The notes below the pieces were generated by a model. It was not told where the DNA came from. It saw nothing but the letters and a program-made list of their open reading frames with translations, and did no database searches. Shown here in pieces: positions 25,361 to 38,770 of a stretch of DNA of 64,000 nucleotides. Position 1 is the stretch's first letter. Each line of letters starts with the position of its first letter. The translations under genes and the position numbers were made by a program. The stretch lies in NCBI RefSeq assembly GCF_009914755.1, contig NC_060936.1; one strand, written 5' to 3'. This DNA comes from the human T2T-CHM13v2.0 reference genome, Homo sapiens.

Positions 25361-28300
25361 AAGTAATGTCTTCCACCAGATACCCAAAGTCATCTCTCTC
25401 AAGTTCAAAGTTTCACAGATCTCTAGGGCAAGGGCAAAATACCATCAGTCTCTTTGCTGAAACATAACAAGAGCCACCTTTGTTCCAGTTCCCAACAAGT
25501 TCCTCATCTCCATCTGAGACCACCTCAGCCTTAATTTCATTATTCATATCACTGTTAGAATAAACAAAGTTGATAGATCGTAGCTAGATTAACAAAGAAA
25601 AAAAAGACAGAGTTTTGAGCATTATTGACCCGAAGTTTTCTTTTTTGTTGTGTCTCTGCCTGCTTTTCGTATCAGAATGATGCTGGCTTCATAGAATGAG
25701 TTAGGAAGGAATTCTTTCTCCTCAATTTTTTGGGATAGATTCAGTAGGATTGGTACCAGCTCTTTGTACATCCAACAGAATTGTCTGTGAATCCATCCAG
25801 TGGAAATCTTTTTTGGCGGTTAGGTTTTTTTATTACTGATTCAATTTCAAAACTCATTATTGAACTCTTCAGAGTTTCAATTTCTTCATGGTTAAATCTT
25901 GAAAATTGTGTGTCTCCAGGAATTTATCCATTTCCTCTAGATTTCCTAGTAATTTTGAAGGATCTTTCCTATTTCTGTGGGATTGGTTGTAATGTCATCT
26001 TTGTTATGTCTGATTATGCTTATTTGCATCTTCTCTGTCTTTTTTTCTTTGTTAATCTAGCTATGATCTATCAACTTTGTTTATTCTTTCAAAAAACCAG
26101 TTGTTTGTTTCACTGATAATTTGTATGGATTTTTGTGACTCAGTTTAGCTTTGTGGTTGGTTTCTTCCTTCTTTTCCAGTTCCTCTAGGTGCGATGTTAG
26201 ATTTTGAATTTGACATCTTTGTACCTTCTTGATATAGGCATTTAGCACTGTAAACTTTCCTCTTAACATTGCTTTTTCATCCCAAAAATTATGGTATGCT
26301 GCATCTGTTGTCATTTATTTCAATTTTTTATTTCTGTCTTAATTTTGTTGTTTACCCAAAAGTCATTCAGAAACAAGTTCTTTAATTTCCATGTAATTGA
26401 TTGGTTTTGAGTGACCTTCTTGGTATTGATTTCTATTTTTATTGCACTGTGGTCTGAGAGTGTGTTTGGTAAGATTTTGATTTTTTTTTTTTTAATTTAT
26501 TGAGACTTGTGTATGGCTGTGCATCTGGTCGCTCTTAGAGTATGTTCTATGTGCAGATGAGAAGATTATATATTCTGTGGTTGTTGGGTGTAATATTCTA
26601 CAGATGTCTATTAGATCCAGTTATTGAAGTGTCAAGTTTAGGCCTAGGTTTTTTTGTTTTGTTTTGTTTTTTAGTTTTCTGCCTTAATGATCTGTCTAAC
26701 GCTGTCAGTGGGGAGTTAAAGCCTCCCACTATACTATATGGCTGCCTTAAGTCTTTTCATCACTGCAGAAGAACTTGCTTTATAAATCTGTGTGCTCTAA
26801 TATTTGCTATGTATATATTTAGGATAGTTAAGTCTTTTTGTTGAATTGAAACTTTCATCATCATATAATACCCTTCCTTGTCCTTTTTGGCTGTTGTTGG
26901 TTTAATGTCTGTTTTATCTGATATGAGAATAATGACCTCATCTCTTTTTTTTCCTATCCCTTTGTCAGACAGGTCTTTCTTGATCCCTTTACTTTGAGCC
27001 TGTGGGTGTTGATACCTGTGAAACAGATCTCTTGAAAACAGCAATTGGGTCTTGATTTTTTAATGTAACTTGCCTTTCTATGCCTCTTACGTGGGGGTGT
27101 TTAGATCATTTACATTCAGGATTAATATTCATATGTGAGATTTTAGTCCTATCATTGTGTTATTAGCTGTTTTATGTAGACTTGATTGTATAGTTGTTAT
27201 ATCATATCTGTGGGCTATGTGCTTAATAGAGTTTTTATGGCAACAGGTATTGTTCTTCCATCTCCATGTTTAGTACTCCCTTAGAGACCTCTTTTAATGT
27301 TGGTCTAGTGGTAATGAATTCCTTTAGTATTTACATGGCTGAGAAGGATTTTATTTCTCCTCCATTTATGAAGTTTAGTTTGGTGGGACATGAAATTCTT
27401 GGTTGGAATTTCATTTCTTTAAGGATGCTGAAAATAGGTCCCCAATCTCTTCTGGCTTGTAACGTTACTGCTGACAAGTCCAGTTGCCTTTAAGATATTT
27501 TCTTTTTCATTGACCTTGTAGAACCTGATGACTGTGTCTTGGGGGTGCTTATTTTTTATATTATCTTGCAGGAATTCTCTGATTTTCTTGAATTTGCATG
27601 TTGACCTCTCTAGTAAGATTGGGAAAATTTTCGTGAACTCTTACATATCCTCAAATATGTTTTACAAGTTGCTTACCCTCTCTCCTTCTCTCTCAGGAAT
27701 GCCAGTGAATTGTAGTTTTGATCTCTTTACATAAGCCTATATTTCTTGGAGATTTAATCATTGTTCTTATTCTTTATTCTCTCTTTTGTCTTTCTGCATT
27801 GATTCAAATAATTAGTCTTTGAGCTCTGAGATTCTTTGCTCAGCTTGCCCTGTTGTGTTGTTAATGCCTCCAACCGTATTATGACATTCCTTGTGAATTT
27901 TTCACTTCCAGAACTTTTCCAGTTTTTTGGTTTAGTTCTTTCTTAAAATGGCTATTGCATCTTTCAATTCTTGGATCATTTTACTGGATTCCCTGGATTC
28001 TTTGGATTGTGTTGTGACTTTCTTCTAGATCTCATTGAGTTTCCTTGCCATCCAAATTTCTAAATTGTACATCTGTCATTTCAGCCATGTCAATCTGGCT
28101 AAGAAGCATTTCTGGGAAACTAGTGAGATCATTTGGAGGTAAGGAGACACTTAGACTTTTTGAATTGCCAGAGTTCTTGTGCTGATTCTTTCTCATCTGA
28201 GAGGGCTGGTGTTCCTTTATCTGTTTTAGAATTTGCTGTCATTTGGGTGGGACTTTTTATTTTTATATTCTTTATTTATCTTAAGGGTTTGACTGTGAGA

Positions 28301-28419
28301 TATGTATCTATTCATTTGGCTTCAATTCTGGGTCCTAACAGAAGGCCATGGCTCTGCACGGGATCTTTATTTGTGGAAAGATTCCTGCATTTTGTTTCAC
28401 AGGCAGTGTATACTGGCCG

Positions 28420-28421
<2 letters not shown>

Positions 28422-28466
<45 letters not shown>
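28422..28466. repeat. Pure (T)45 tract
   Basis: Direct reading. Confidence 0.95.
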
Positions 28467-28467
<1 letters not shown>

Positions 28468-28539
28468 AGTAGGGGTAGGGCGGTGTAATTCAAGTTCCAA
28501 TCCAGTAGATGGTGCTTAAGAGTCATGGCTGGCAGGCGC

Positions 28540-29071
<532 letters not shown>

Positions 29072-30215
29072 CTAGCACCTCTTTTGTGATTCAGCACCTT
29101 TGCAGTAGTGCTCTGTGGTGGGGGAGATGGGAGAGAAGAGATGACCCCCTTATCATATACGTTATTGGACCTTAGGGGAGCCTGCTGCAATCACTGGTGC
29201 CGTGCCCTTGAACCCCCGCTTCACTCTTCCCCATGCTCTGAGAGTGACGGCTCTTACCGTGCTCCAACCACAAATCTCAGCTCTGCATTCTGGATCTACG
29301 TGCTCTGACCCTGGGGACTTGGGACCTACTGGGCCAGCAGCCTTGTCCTCTGACCCTTTGAGATCGAGCACCAGCTGTGCTTGGTGGAGGCAGGGGGTTT
29401 TGGCGGGGAATTGCCCCAGGGTGGGGTTGCTCCCAGGCCGCTAGCAAAGCACTCAAAGCAGTATGCCTGCTCCTGTGCAAGCAGCCAAGCAGGGAACCCC
29501 AGGAGGGGTCAGTGCACAGGCAGATGTGCAGATCTGACACACCTTGATATCTTAGGAAAGACAGCCCTGTTCTCTCCCAGTCCAGTCAGCAAAGTTAAGA
29601 GCCATGCAGAGGAGCATGGAGAACCCTTGGATATCGATGCCTATTACCATATTTTGTTGCAGCTGTCCCCATGCAAAAACCCCCTGGGCTTTACACATGC
29701 TCAAGTTTGGTCTCTGTCTACTCTCTGGGCAGTCCCCCCTACCAGCTCAACTGTCTGTAGGGGTGGTGGCATCTTGTGCAGCCAGGATACCAGAAGTCCA
29801 TGGTAAGTGTGGGTTTCTCTACAGGTTCCTCACTTACCACTTCCTTAGGAGCCATTCAGGGCCAAGGAGTCCTTCCTATAGGTCGGCCATCCCATGCAGT
29901 GCTCTTAGTTTCCTCTCTCTTTAGCCTTGGTGCCTGCGTTGCCTCTCTGTCAACTCTCAGTGTTTTCTCCCAAAAGATCTGTCTTGAAGTATGTTGATTT
30001 GCTCCGTATTTTGGTCTCACTCGCTTGGAGAGGCTCTTCCTGGGTGTGTCTAGTTGGCCCTCTTTTCCCTCCTCTTCTTAGGATACTTTTTATTTCTTTG
30101 CTATCAGTTGTAACGTTTCCTCTTTCATTTCTGATTTTTGTTATTCGAATCTTCTTTCTTTTTTCTTAGTCTGGTTAAGAATTTGCTGAATTTACCTTTA
30201 AAAAACCGAACTTTC

Positions 30216-30825
30216 CATTGTGGAAGACATTGTGGCGATTCCTCAAGGATCTAGAACTAGAAATACCATTTGACCCAGCAATCCCATTACTGGGTATATA
30301 GCAAAAGGATTATAAATCATGCTGCTATAAAGACACATGCACACACGTATGTTTATTGTGGGACTATTCACAATAGCAAAGACTTGGAACCAACCCAAAT
30401 GTCCATCAGTGATACACTGGATTAAGAAAATGTGGCACATATACACCATGGAATACTATGCAGCCATAAAAAGATGAGTTCATGTCCTTTGCAGGGATAT
30501 GGATAAAGCTGGAAACCATCATTCTCAGCAAACTATCACAAGGACAGAAAACCAAACATTGCATGTTCGTTCTCACTCATAGGTGGGAATTGAACAATGA
30601 GAACACTTGGACACAGGGCAGGGCCTGTCATGGGGTCGGGGGCTGGGGGAGGGATAGCATTAAGAGAAATACCTAATGTAAATGACGCGTTGATGGGTGC
30701 TGCAAACCACCATGGCACATGTATGTAACAAACCTATGTAACAAACCTGCACATTGTGCACATGTACCCTAGAACTTAAAGTATAATAGAAAAAAAACCA
30801 GAAAATTTAGAATTGAAAAAAAAAA
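30216..30825 (+). mobile_element. 5'-truncated L1PA (PA6/PA7-like) 3' end
   Basis: ORF2 C-terminus plus 3' UTR and A tail; imperfect TSD aaaaaaccgaactttc / aaaaatccgaactctc. Confidence 0.93.
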
Positions 30826-31775
30826 TCCGAACTCTCAGTGTTGTTGTTATTTTTCTATTGTTTTTCTATTCTCTCTTTCATTTATTTCTGTTCTAATCTT
30901 TATTGTTTCCTTCCTTCTGCTGACTTTGGACTTAGTTTTTTCTTCTTTATCTAGTTTCTTGAGGTATAAAGGTAGGTTGTTGATATGAGCTCTTTGTTCT
31001 TTTGTAATGTACACACTTATCACTTAAACTTCAGTCTTAGGACTGCTTTTGCTGCATTGTATTTCGTTCTTCTTACGTTTTAATTGAGCATTTAATATGA
31101 TTTTATTTCCTCTCCTAGTGTATCAATTATATTTCTTTAAAAATTTTCATGGTGGTTGCCCTGGAATTTGTGATGGACACTTTATACTAAGTATACCTTT
31201 AAGTGACATTAAACTGCTTGATGTGCGTACAATTACCTTACGGAGTATTCACAATTCCTCCCTCCTGTCCTTTATGACATCTCTGTCACTCATTCTACTT
31301 ACCTATATGCTGTAATCATCTAATTAATTATTACTATTGTTACATTAAACAGTTATTTAGATAAGCTCAGAAAAAGACAAATATTTTATTTACCTTCATT
31401 TATTCTTTCTATAACCCTCTTCATTTTTTAATATAGATCCAAGTCTCTGATATCATTTTCCTTCTGCCTGAAGAAAATCTTGTAGGATTTCTTATGGGAA
31501 AGTCTGCTCATAATAAATTCCCTCAGGTTTTGTATCTAGAAAGTTTATAGTTCTGCTTCATTTTTAAAGGATAGTTTCACTGGATATAAAATTCTAGATT
31601 TGTGGGGTTGTTTTTCAGTGTTTTGAATATTTTACTCTACTCTCTTCTTGCTTGATGGTTTTTGATCAGAAGTTCACTGTAATTCGCAACCTTATCCATA
31701 GGTAAGGTGATTTTTTTCCCCCTGTTTGGACTTCTTTCAAGATTTTCTCCTTGTCTTCCTACAAGTTTGAATATA

Positions 31776-31854
31776 TTAGGTTGGAGCAAAAGTAATTGCA
31801 GATTTGCCATTGAAAGTAATGGCAAGAACCACAGTTACTTTTGCACCAACCTAA
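31776..31854. mobile_element. MADE1 (Hsmar1-derived MITE)
   Basis: ttaggttggagcaaaagtaattgc ... gttacttttgcaccaacctaa, 79-bp near-palindrome flanked by TA on both sides. Confidence 0.95.
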
Positions 31855-33432
31855 TAATATGCATAGGTTTAGTATTTTTGGAATGTATCTTATTGGTGGC
31901 CTTTGAGTTTTTTGAATCTCTGGTTTTGTATCTTTCATTAATTTGGGAACGCCCTCAATCATTATAACATTAGCTCTATTTTTCTTCTCCTTCTGATATT
32001 CCAATTGCCCATATGTCACATATATTGAAATTTTTGCACAGTTCTTTGATATTCTGTACTTTTCATTCCTTTATTCATTGCACGTCCATTTAGAAGTTTC
32101 TGTTGACCCTTCGTCCAGCTCACTGATTCTTTCCTTAGCCATCCTGGGTCTTCTAATGAGCCCATCAAAGGCATTCTTTACTTTTGTTAGAGTGGTTCTA
32201 AGAACATGCATCTGTTCTTGCATGTTGTTTACTTTTTCCATTAGAGCACTTAACATATTAATTATAGTTATTGTAAGTTCTCTGTCAATTCCAAAATTTG
32301 TTTCATATTCCGACATGTAAGTCTGGTTTTGATGCTTGCTTTGTGTCTTTGGACTTTGTTTTTCTAATCTTTTGCCATGTCTCATGTTTTTTTGATGAAT
32401 GCAGGACATGTTGAATTGGGTAGTAGAAAATGAAATACATAGCCTCTAATGTGAGAACTGGTATTAATCTGGCTGTGAACTGGGCCTCGTTTAGTGTTTG
32501 TTGTAGCTACAGCTGCTAGAGGGTTCAAATTTCTCTTCCGTTCTGATTGTCTCCTCTCTTGCCCTTAGGTTTCCCTTAGTACTCTTTCTCTGAGAGATGC
32601 TGTCTTGAGACTCTTTCACTTGTAGTCCACTATTATACAGAAGGCCAGCTGTTGTGGTGGTGAAGTATGAGGGAGGAGGAACATTCTGTCATTAGTCAGT
32701 TACATCTCAGTCTTTGAATGGATGGGCCTGTGTCTGTGTCCTGTGACCTTCATGAGTTATTCTACTTGTGTAACTCCTAACATTAGGTGAGACAAAGTGA
32801 ATAGATTAATTGAGAGGAGTGTCTTTACCCAAAGCTCTGGGGAAGGCTCTGGTAACATCTTTTACCCTGGAGAATAGGCCTCTGTTATTAAGGAGGCTCT
32901 GGATGTATTTCACAGGGATGAGTCTTCTACTTCCCCTGCCATCACCAGGAGAGTGGGGGATCTTTTTTTGTTCTTCACTATGAAAACTTAGTCCGGTTCC
33001 TGAAAGGTGACGGTTGAGTACCCCCTAAGACTGTGGTCCTCAGGGTTTCTCTTTCTCCTGATAGTCTACCCTCAGCCTCCAGCAAGTTGTCAAAATTACT
33101 GTGTAAGTGTGCCTATGAGATTTTTGGCTCGATTTGCTTCTGCGTCAGAAAAGCAGGTCTCCACTATGATTCTCTAGAATCTCCTTTCTCTCCACATTGT
33201 AGGGTGGTGGCTTGCCTTTCAAACTCAGTTCTCTGATAGATCTCAGAAAAATCATTGATTTCCAGTTTGTCTAGTTCTTTCTTGTAAAAATAGGAGTGAT
33301 GCAATTTTTATGACAATTTAGATTTCCTTTTTCCCCCCAAAAAACACTGCGAGAACTAATCTCTGCCTTCTTTGTACTCTTGAGACACTTTCAACCCCTC
33401 TTATAGTACTTACTCTAGGTTGTCTAATATAA

Positions 33433-33824
33433 CAGTGGCCCCCATCCTTTTTGGCACCAGGGACCAGTTTAATGGAAGACAATGTTTCCATGGACTGGGT
33501 AGAAGATAGGGACTTGGGAGGGACGATTTTGGGATTAGACTCTTCCACCTCAGATAAACAAGCATTAGATTTTCATAAGGAGTACACAACCTAGATCCCT
33601 CACAGTGCAGTTCACAACAGGGTTTTGTGTTCCTGTGAGAATCTAATGCTGCCACTGATCTGACAGGAGATGGAGCTCAAGTAGTAATGTGAGTGATGGG
33701 GAGCAGCTGTAAATACGGATGAAGTTTCACTCATTCACACACCACTCACCTCCTGCTGTGCAGCCTGGTTCCAAACAGGCCATGAACTGGGACCTGTCCA
33801 TGGCCTGGGGGTTGGGGACCCTTG
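33433..33824 (+). mobile_element. MER1-type hAT-Charlie element
   Basis: cagtggcccccatcctttttggcaccagggacc ... ggttggggacccttg; 8-bp TSD taatataa / taatacaa. Confidence 0.9.
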
Positions 33825-33893
33825 TAATACAACATTGGAGCTGCTAATATTGTGTAAGCATACTCTCTCTATATCTATTTTTTTATCTCAATC

Positions 33894-34382
33894 TGAAACC
33901 AGTTCAATTGTCCCATATATCTGATATTTATGATTTTGTTTGAATAAACATAGAGATTGACCCTCCCATTCTTCAAACTTGTTTATCTTGTCTGAGTTCC
34001 TTTCTCAAGAAACCAGCCATCAGGCCTCCCAGATGGTATCAAGGAACTGAAACTCACCACATCATCTCATCTGATCAGTGAGACACCAGACCTCTCACCC
34101 ATCATGATTGCCTGAGCAGCAGCCTGCTTCCTGTTGACCAGCTCTCCTCTTCCTTAGCCCTCCCACATTCCTGTTTACCTGCATGTATTTACATTTCTTC
34201 CCTGCTATATAAATACCTGATTTTAGATGGTCAGGGAGATGAATTTGAGACTAATCTCCCATCTCCTCAGCTATAGCACCCAAATAAAGCCTTCTTCCCT
34301 GGTGATAGTCATTGTCTCAGTAATTGGCTTGCTGTGCATCAAGCAACAGGATCTAGACCAAACCCCTGTCATTTCAGTAACA
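33894..34382 (+). mobile_element. Solo ERV1 LTR (MER39-like)
   Basis: TG...CA; 4-bp TSD AATC; TATA at 34206-34213; AATAAA at 34283-34288. Confidence 0.85.
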
Positions 34383-34401
34383 AATCTATGTCTGTGTCTA
34401 A

Positions 34402-34823
<422 letters not shown>

Positions 34824-34939
34824 TGACGATGTCTAATATTTCAAAAGTATAGAATTAGTTGTTTATAAAAATATATTTGATCATAAAGCCTGACTTCCTT
34901 TTCCATTAGGACTCCGTCATTTTAGGGTGGCTGCACTTA

Positions 34940-35170
34940 TATGAACGCTAGTTCTAGACTGCCTGGCTTGTTCAACTACTTATTAGCTCTGTGATTTGGG
35001 GCAAGTTATTTAACTTCTCTTTATCTCATCCTTTTTGTCTGTAAAATGAGGGAAAAAGCATTTTCTTGTTGAGCAGTTAAATGAGTCCATACATGAACAT
35101 AAGGCACTTAGAACAATGTCTGGTCAACATATTGTAAGGACTTGATAGTCGTTAACCATTAGCAGTAAGA
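34940..35170 (+). mobile_element. MIR
   Basis: tagctctgtgatttggggcaagttatttaacttctct...tctgtaaaatgagg. Confidence 0.75.
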
Positions 35171-37840
35171 ATGATATTATTGTTATCATTGTTATTTATG
35201 TCTTTGTATGGCATGGAACATTGCTAATTATTTGACCATAACTGTACTCGTTCAGCCTTATCAACCATCATTGCCCACAGTATTAAACTTACAGTAACTC
35301 CCTAAGTATGTTCCATTCACTCATTCTTTGTCTTTTCCAAACTTGGTGCTGCCTTGGTCTATAATATCTTTTTCTTGCCTCTCCACTTAGCAAAGTCCTA
35401 CCGATCTATACAACTTAATCTAAAACACTTTCTCTTTCATAAAATAGTTCCTCATTCTTCCAGGTAGCCTTCAAATTCTTCCAGGCTTCTTATTGAATAT
35501 GAATAACTACATGATACTGAATTGTAACACATTAATAAATATTGCTTATTTTTTTAGATAATGAAAGTAGATACCATGTTCATTATTGTTACTAGCTTGG
35601 TTTTTAGTGCATAATTGTTCAATAAATACTTGTTGAATGAATGCAGGTGAAATGATTCTAAAGCAAGGATTGGCCCAATTCACATGAAGCTTTCAGTCAG
35701 GCCGTAACACTCACTGACACATCACTGTCCTTCCCTAAGTTAATTTTTCTGTTATCTGTGCTCTCATGAGAGTAAATAGGTCACCTACTCTCTCTTATTA
35801 TTAACTATTATCATGTCTATCTTACTCACTAGAATGAAAGCTAGTCTAGTGTATCAGCTTGGTCTTACTTATTTTTTATGCTGAGAGGAGACCTTAAATA
35901 GCAGTAAGTATTTGTTGAACAAAATACATCATTTTAGTGTTACATGGTGGACAAAAAAATGAGAGAAGAAAAAAATAAATATTAAAAGTTTGAAGGGATA
36001 AATGGCAAAGGTGAAGTTTTACACAACTAATTAGACAAAAAAAGAAAAAATGATGCTTTAAGTGGGTTAAAGTAAGTAAGAGTCTGTAGAAGATATCTTT
36101 TTATTTCATTCTGTTGGTTAAATTCTGTTGGCAGAAGTCCTCAGCATTAAGAAGGGATTGAAGGCTGAATTTAAAGAGTCAAATAGTTGGATAACAACAT
36201 GTTTACATGTAAAATAATTTCTTTATTATCTTTGTCTCAGTAAAATAACATGGTAGTCCTATGAATATAGAAACAATTATTTTGGGAATATAGGCATGAA
36301 AAAACACAAAATTTATATATTCATTTTTTATTCACTTGATAACATAGAAGAGTATGATCTTCTAGCCATGTGTTTTGCTCTGACAGTCTTGGAATGGGAA
36401 TCTCAGCAAAGTGTGTAATATAAGCCATTCACTTCAGAGGGAATTTGTAGAATTTCATGAACAGTGGTCGTGATGTTAATGAGTATGTACAGTATTCTTC
36501 TGACAGGTATAACAGAATACAGATAATCCTCTGTTGTTTTATTAGGTATGAATTATGGCAGCTAGAAATAATGTGATCATTTATAGGGATTATAATATTT
36601 ATGTATTTCAGCTGAAGAATCGGCTTTACATAAATGTGACAGGATGGAGATTAATGTGAAATATTTTCCACATGAAGTGATTAGGTTGAATTTACACTGA
36701 AAAAGATTATAGAAGAAGCAAGCTTTTCTTTTTAGAGTTTTGCTGTAGTTTTGCTGAAGTTCATTCTGATCTTAGAAATTACTAACTTCTGCTTAACATA
36801 ATATCACTTAATTTGTAATACTAATTATTACAAATATTAAAATAACTACTGTAGTCAAAGACATTTGAGAAATCTTTATTTGGAAATGTGAGGATTTTTT
36901 AATAATGATATTGTAGATATCCAAACATTTATGAAATTAATCGATTAGTTATTATTATTTTAAAACATCTAAATCTGAAATGACATTCTCCAAAAGAATG
37001 AATATGTACAGTTATATGAAATCTTTTTTAGAGATGATATGATTTATTTAAGTGGCCCTTCTTTAGGCACATAGCTTATTCTACTCATATTTTTCTAACT
37101 TCATTTGATCATTAATCCACCTAGGCTAGCAATACTTAAAACTGCCTTTTCTACTCTTTCTTGCTTATCTTTCAGTACAGAAGCTATCTGCTGGATATAA
37201 TGCCTTCTTTGCATTTTTTGTGGACTTTATTTTTCCCTCCATTGCCTATTCAGTACTTTTTATTGTATTGTTATATTCCTAAAAACAAAATAAGGAAATG
37301 TTAACATACTCATCTGTAGCCATTTAATTTGAGGAAAGAGATGTGAAATATGACTGATTTGAATAAAATAGTATTTTGAGTAACATAATTTTGCTTCTGT
37401 GAAATAGCAGGTATTTGTATACTACAGTATTCGAAGTCAACTGAAATTCTCCAACTTCCTTATAATTTTGAGATTCATAGCAGCTTGAGCCCTGCTGAGT
37501 ATTTCAACCTGAGCTTGCTAAATCATGTCAGTATTTCGAAGAGACAGTGGACCTTTTGGAAAATACATATTTCTAGGGCGAGGTGGGCGATGTATTCTTA
37601 AACTGTCTCCAGTATATACATGAGTTTTCCAGTTTGATCAAAAAAGCCCTACATTCTTCTAAGTGTAACTTCAGTGTTGAGCATTGGTCTCTGTTTTGTC
37701 TTTTCTTCAAATTCACTGAACTCTAAGGCAAATTTTGCCTATGTTTTTCTAAGACATTCCAAAACAAGTGACAATTTGGTTGATAATGAAGTTCTTTTAG
37801 ATTACAAAGTTATTTGTGTAGAAGCATTATAAGAATACTA

Positions 37841-38322
37841 TTTTTTTATTTTGTTTTATTATTATTTTTGAGACAGCATCTGGCTCTGTCACCCAGGCTG
37901 GAGTGTAGAGGCTCCATCTCCTCTCACCGTAACCTCTGCCTTCTGCACTCAAGTGATTCTCCCACTCCAGCCTCCTGAGTAGCTGGGACAACAGGCATCT
38001 GCCACCACGCCCAGCTAATTTTTGTTTTTTGGTTTTTGTTTTGTTTTGAGATGGAGTTTTGCTCTTGTTGCCAGGCTGGAGTGCAGTGGCGTGATCTCAG
38101 CTCACGCAACCTCCGCCTCCCCGGTTCAAGTGATTCTCCTGCCTCAGCCTCCCGAGTAGCTGGGACTACAGGCGTCCGCCACCACACCCGGCTAATTTTT
38201 GTATTTTTAGTAGAGACAGGGTTTCACATGTTGCCCAGGCTGGTTCCAAACTCCTGGGTTCAAGTGATCCGCCCCTCTCAGCCTCCCAAATTTCTGGGAT
38301 TACAGGCATGAGCCAGTCCTGG
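37841..38322 (-). mobile_element. Trimeric Alu (one left arm, two right arms)
   Basis: Right arm 37841-38022, second right arm plus left arm 38023-38322. Confidence 0.9.
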
Positions 38323-38529
38323 AATGCTCTTTTAAATACAACTAAAATAACCATGTACATCTATGGTTTGCCTCTGAGTAAATAGATTTAGGTATAAAAG
38401 GTCTAGTTAAGAAGAGAACTTTTTTTTTTGAGTGTTCACAATGTATTATTGTACTGCACTTCTTAAATATATGTTACCTTATTTAATCTCTTAAGATTTA
38501 GCTACTGCTATCCCTATAACACAAAGATC

Positions 38530-38770
38530 ATAATAGCTAGCATTTACTGAGCACTTACTCTGTAACATGCACTGTTGTCAGAGCTTTACGTGTGCTATCT
38601 TTGTTACAGTCTCATTGAGAGGTATGATATTATCCCTGTAAAGAATTGAATTTCTGGAGATTTTAAGTAACTTGCCCAAGTAGTCCCGCTTTTCTAGGGA
38701 TCAACCTTCACGAGATAATCAAGCTCATGTCTGATTCCCAAGGCTGTATTCTTTCCTCTATGTGACTGCT
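38530..38770 (-). mobile_element. MIR
   Basis: catttactgagcacttact ... aagtaacttgcccaag. Confidence 0.7.

Larger units (their letters stand above)
30080..33330 (-). mobile_element. Older L1 (L1MC/L1MD-like): ORF2 5' pieces, ORF1 and 5' region
   Basis: Minus-strand ORF1 coiled-coil peptide NMLSALMEKVNNMQEQM...KNAFDGLI.R...AKERISEL; interrupted by an L1PA piece and MADE1. Confidence 0.8.

Noticed and set aside
29108-30169. Dense ORFs in a GC-rich region suggesting a gene or CpG island
   Set aside because: L1 5' UTR; CpG-depleted relative to a true island
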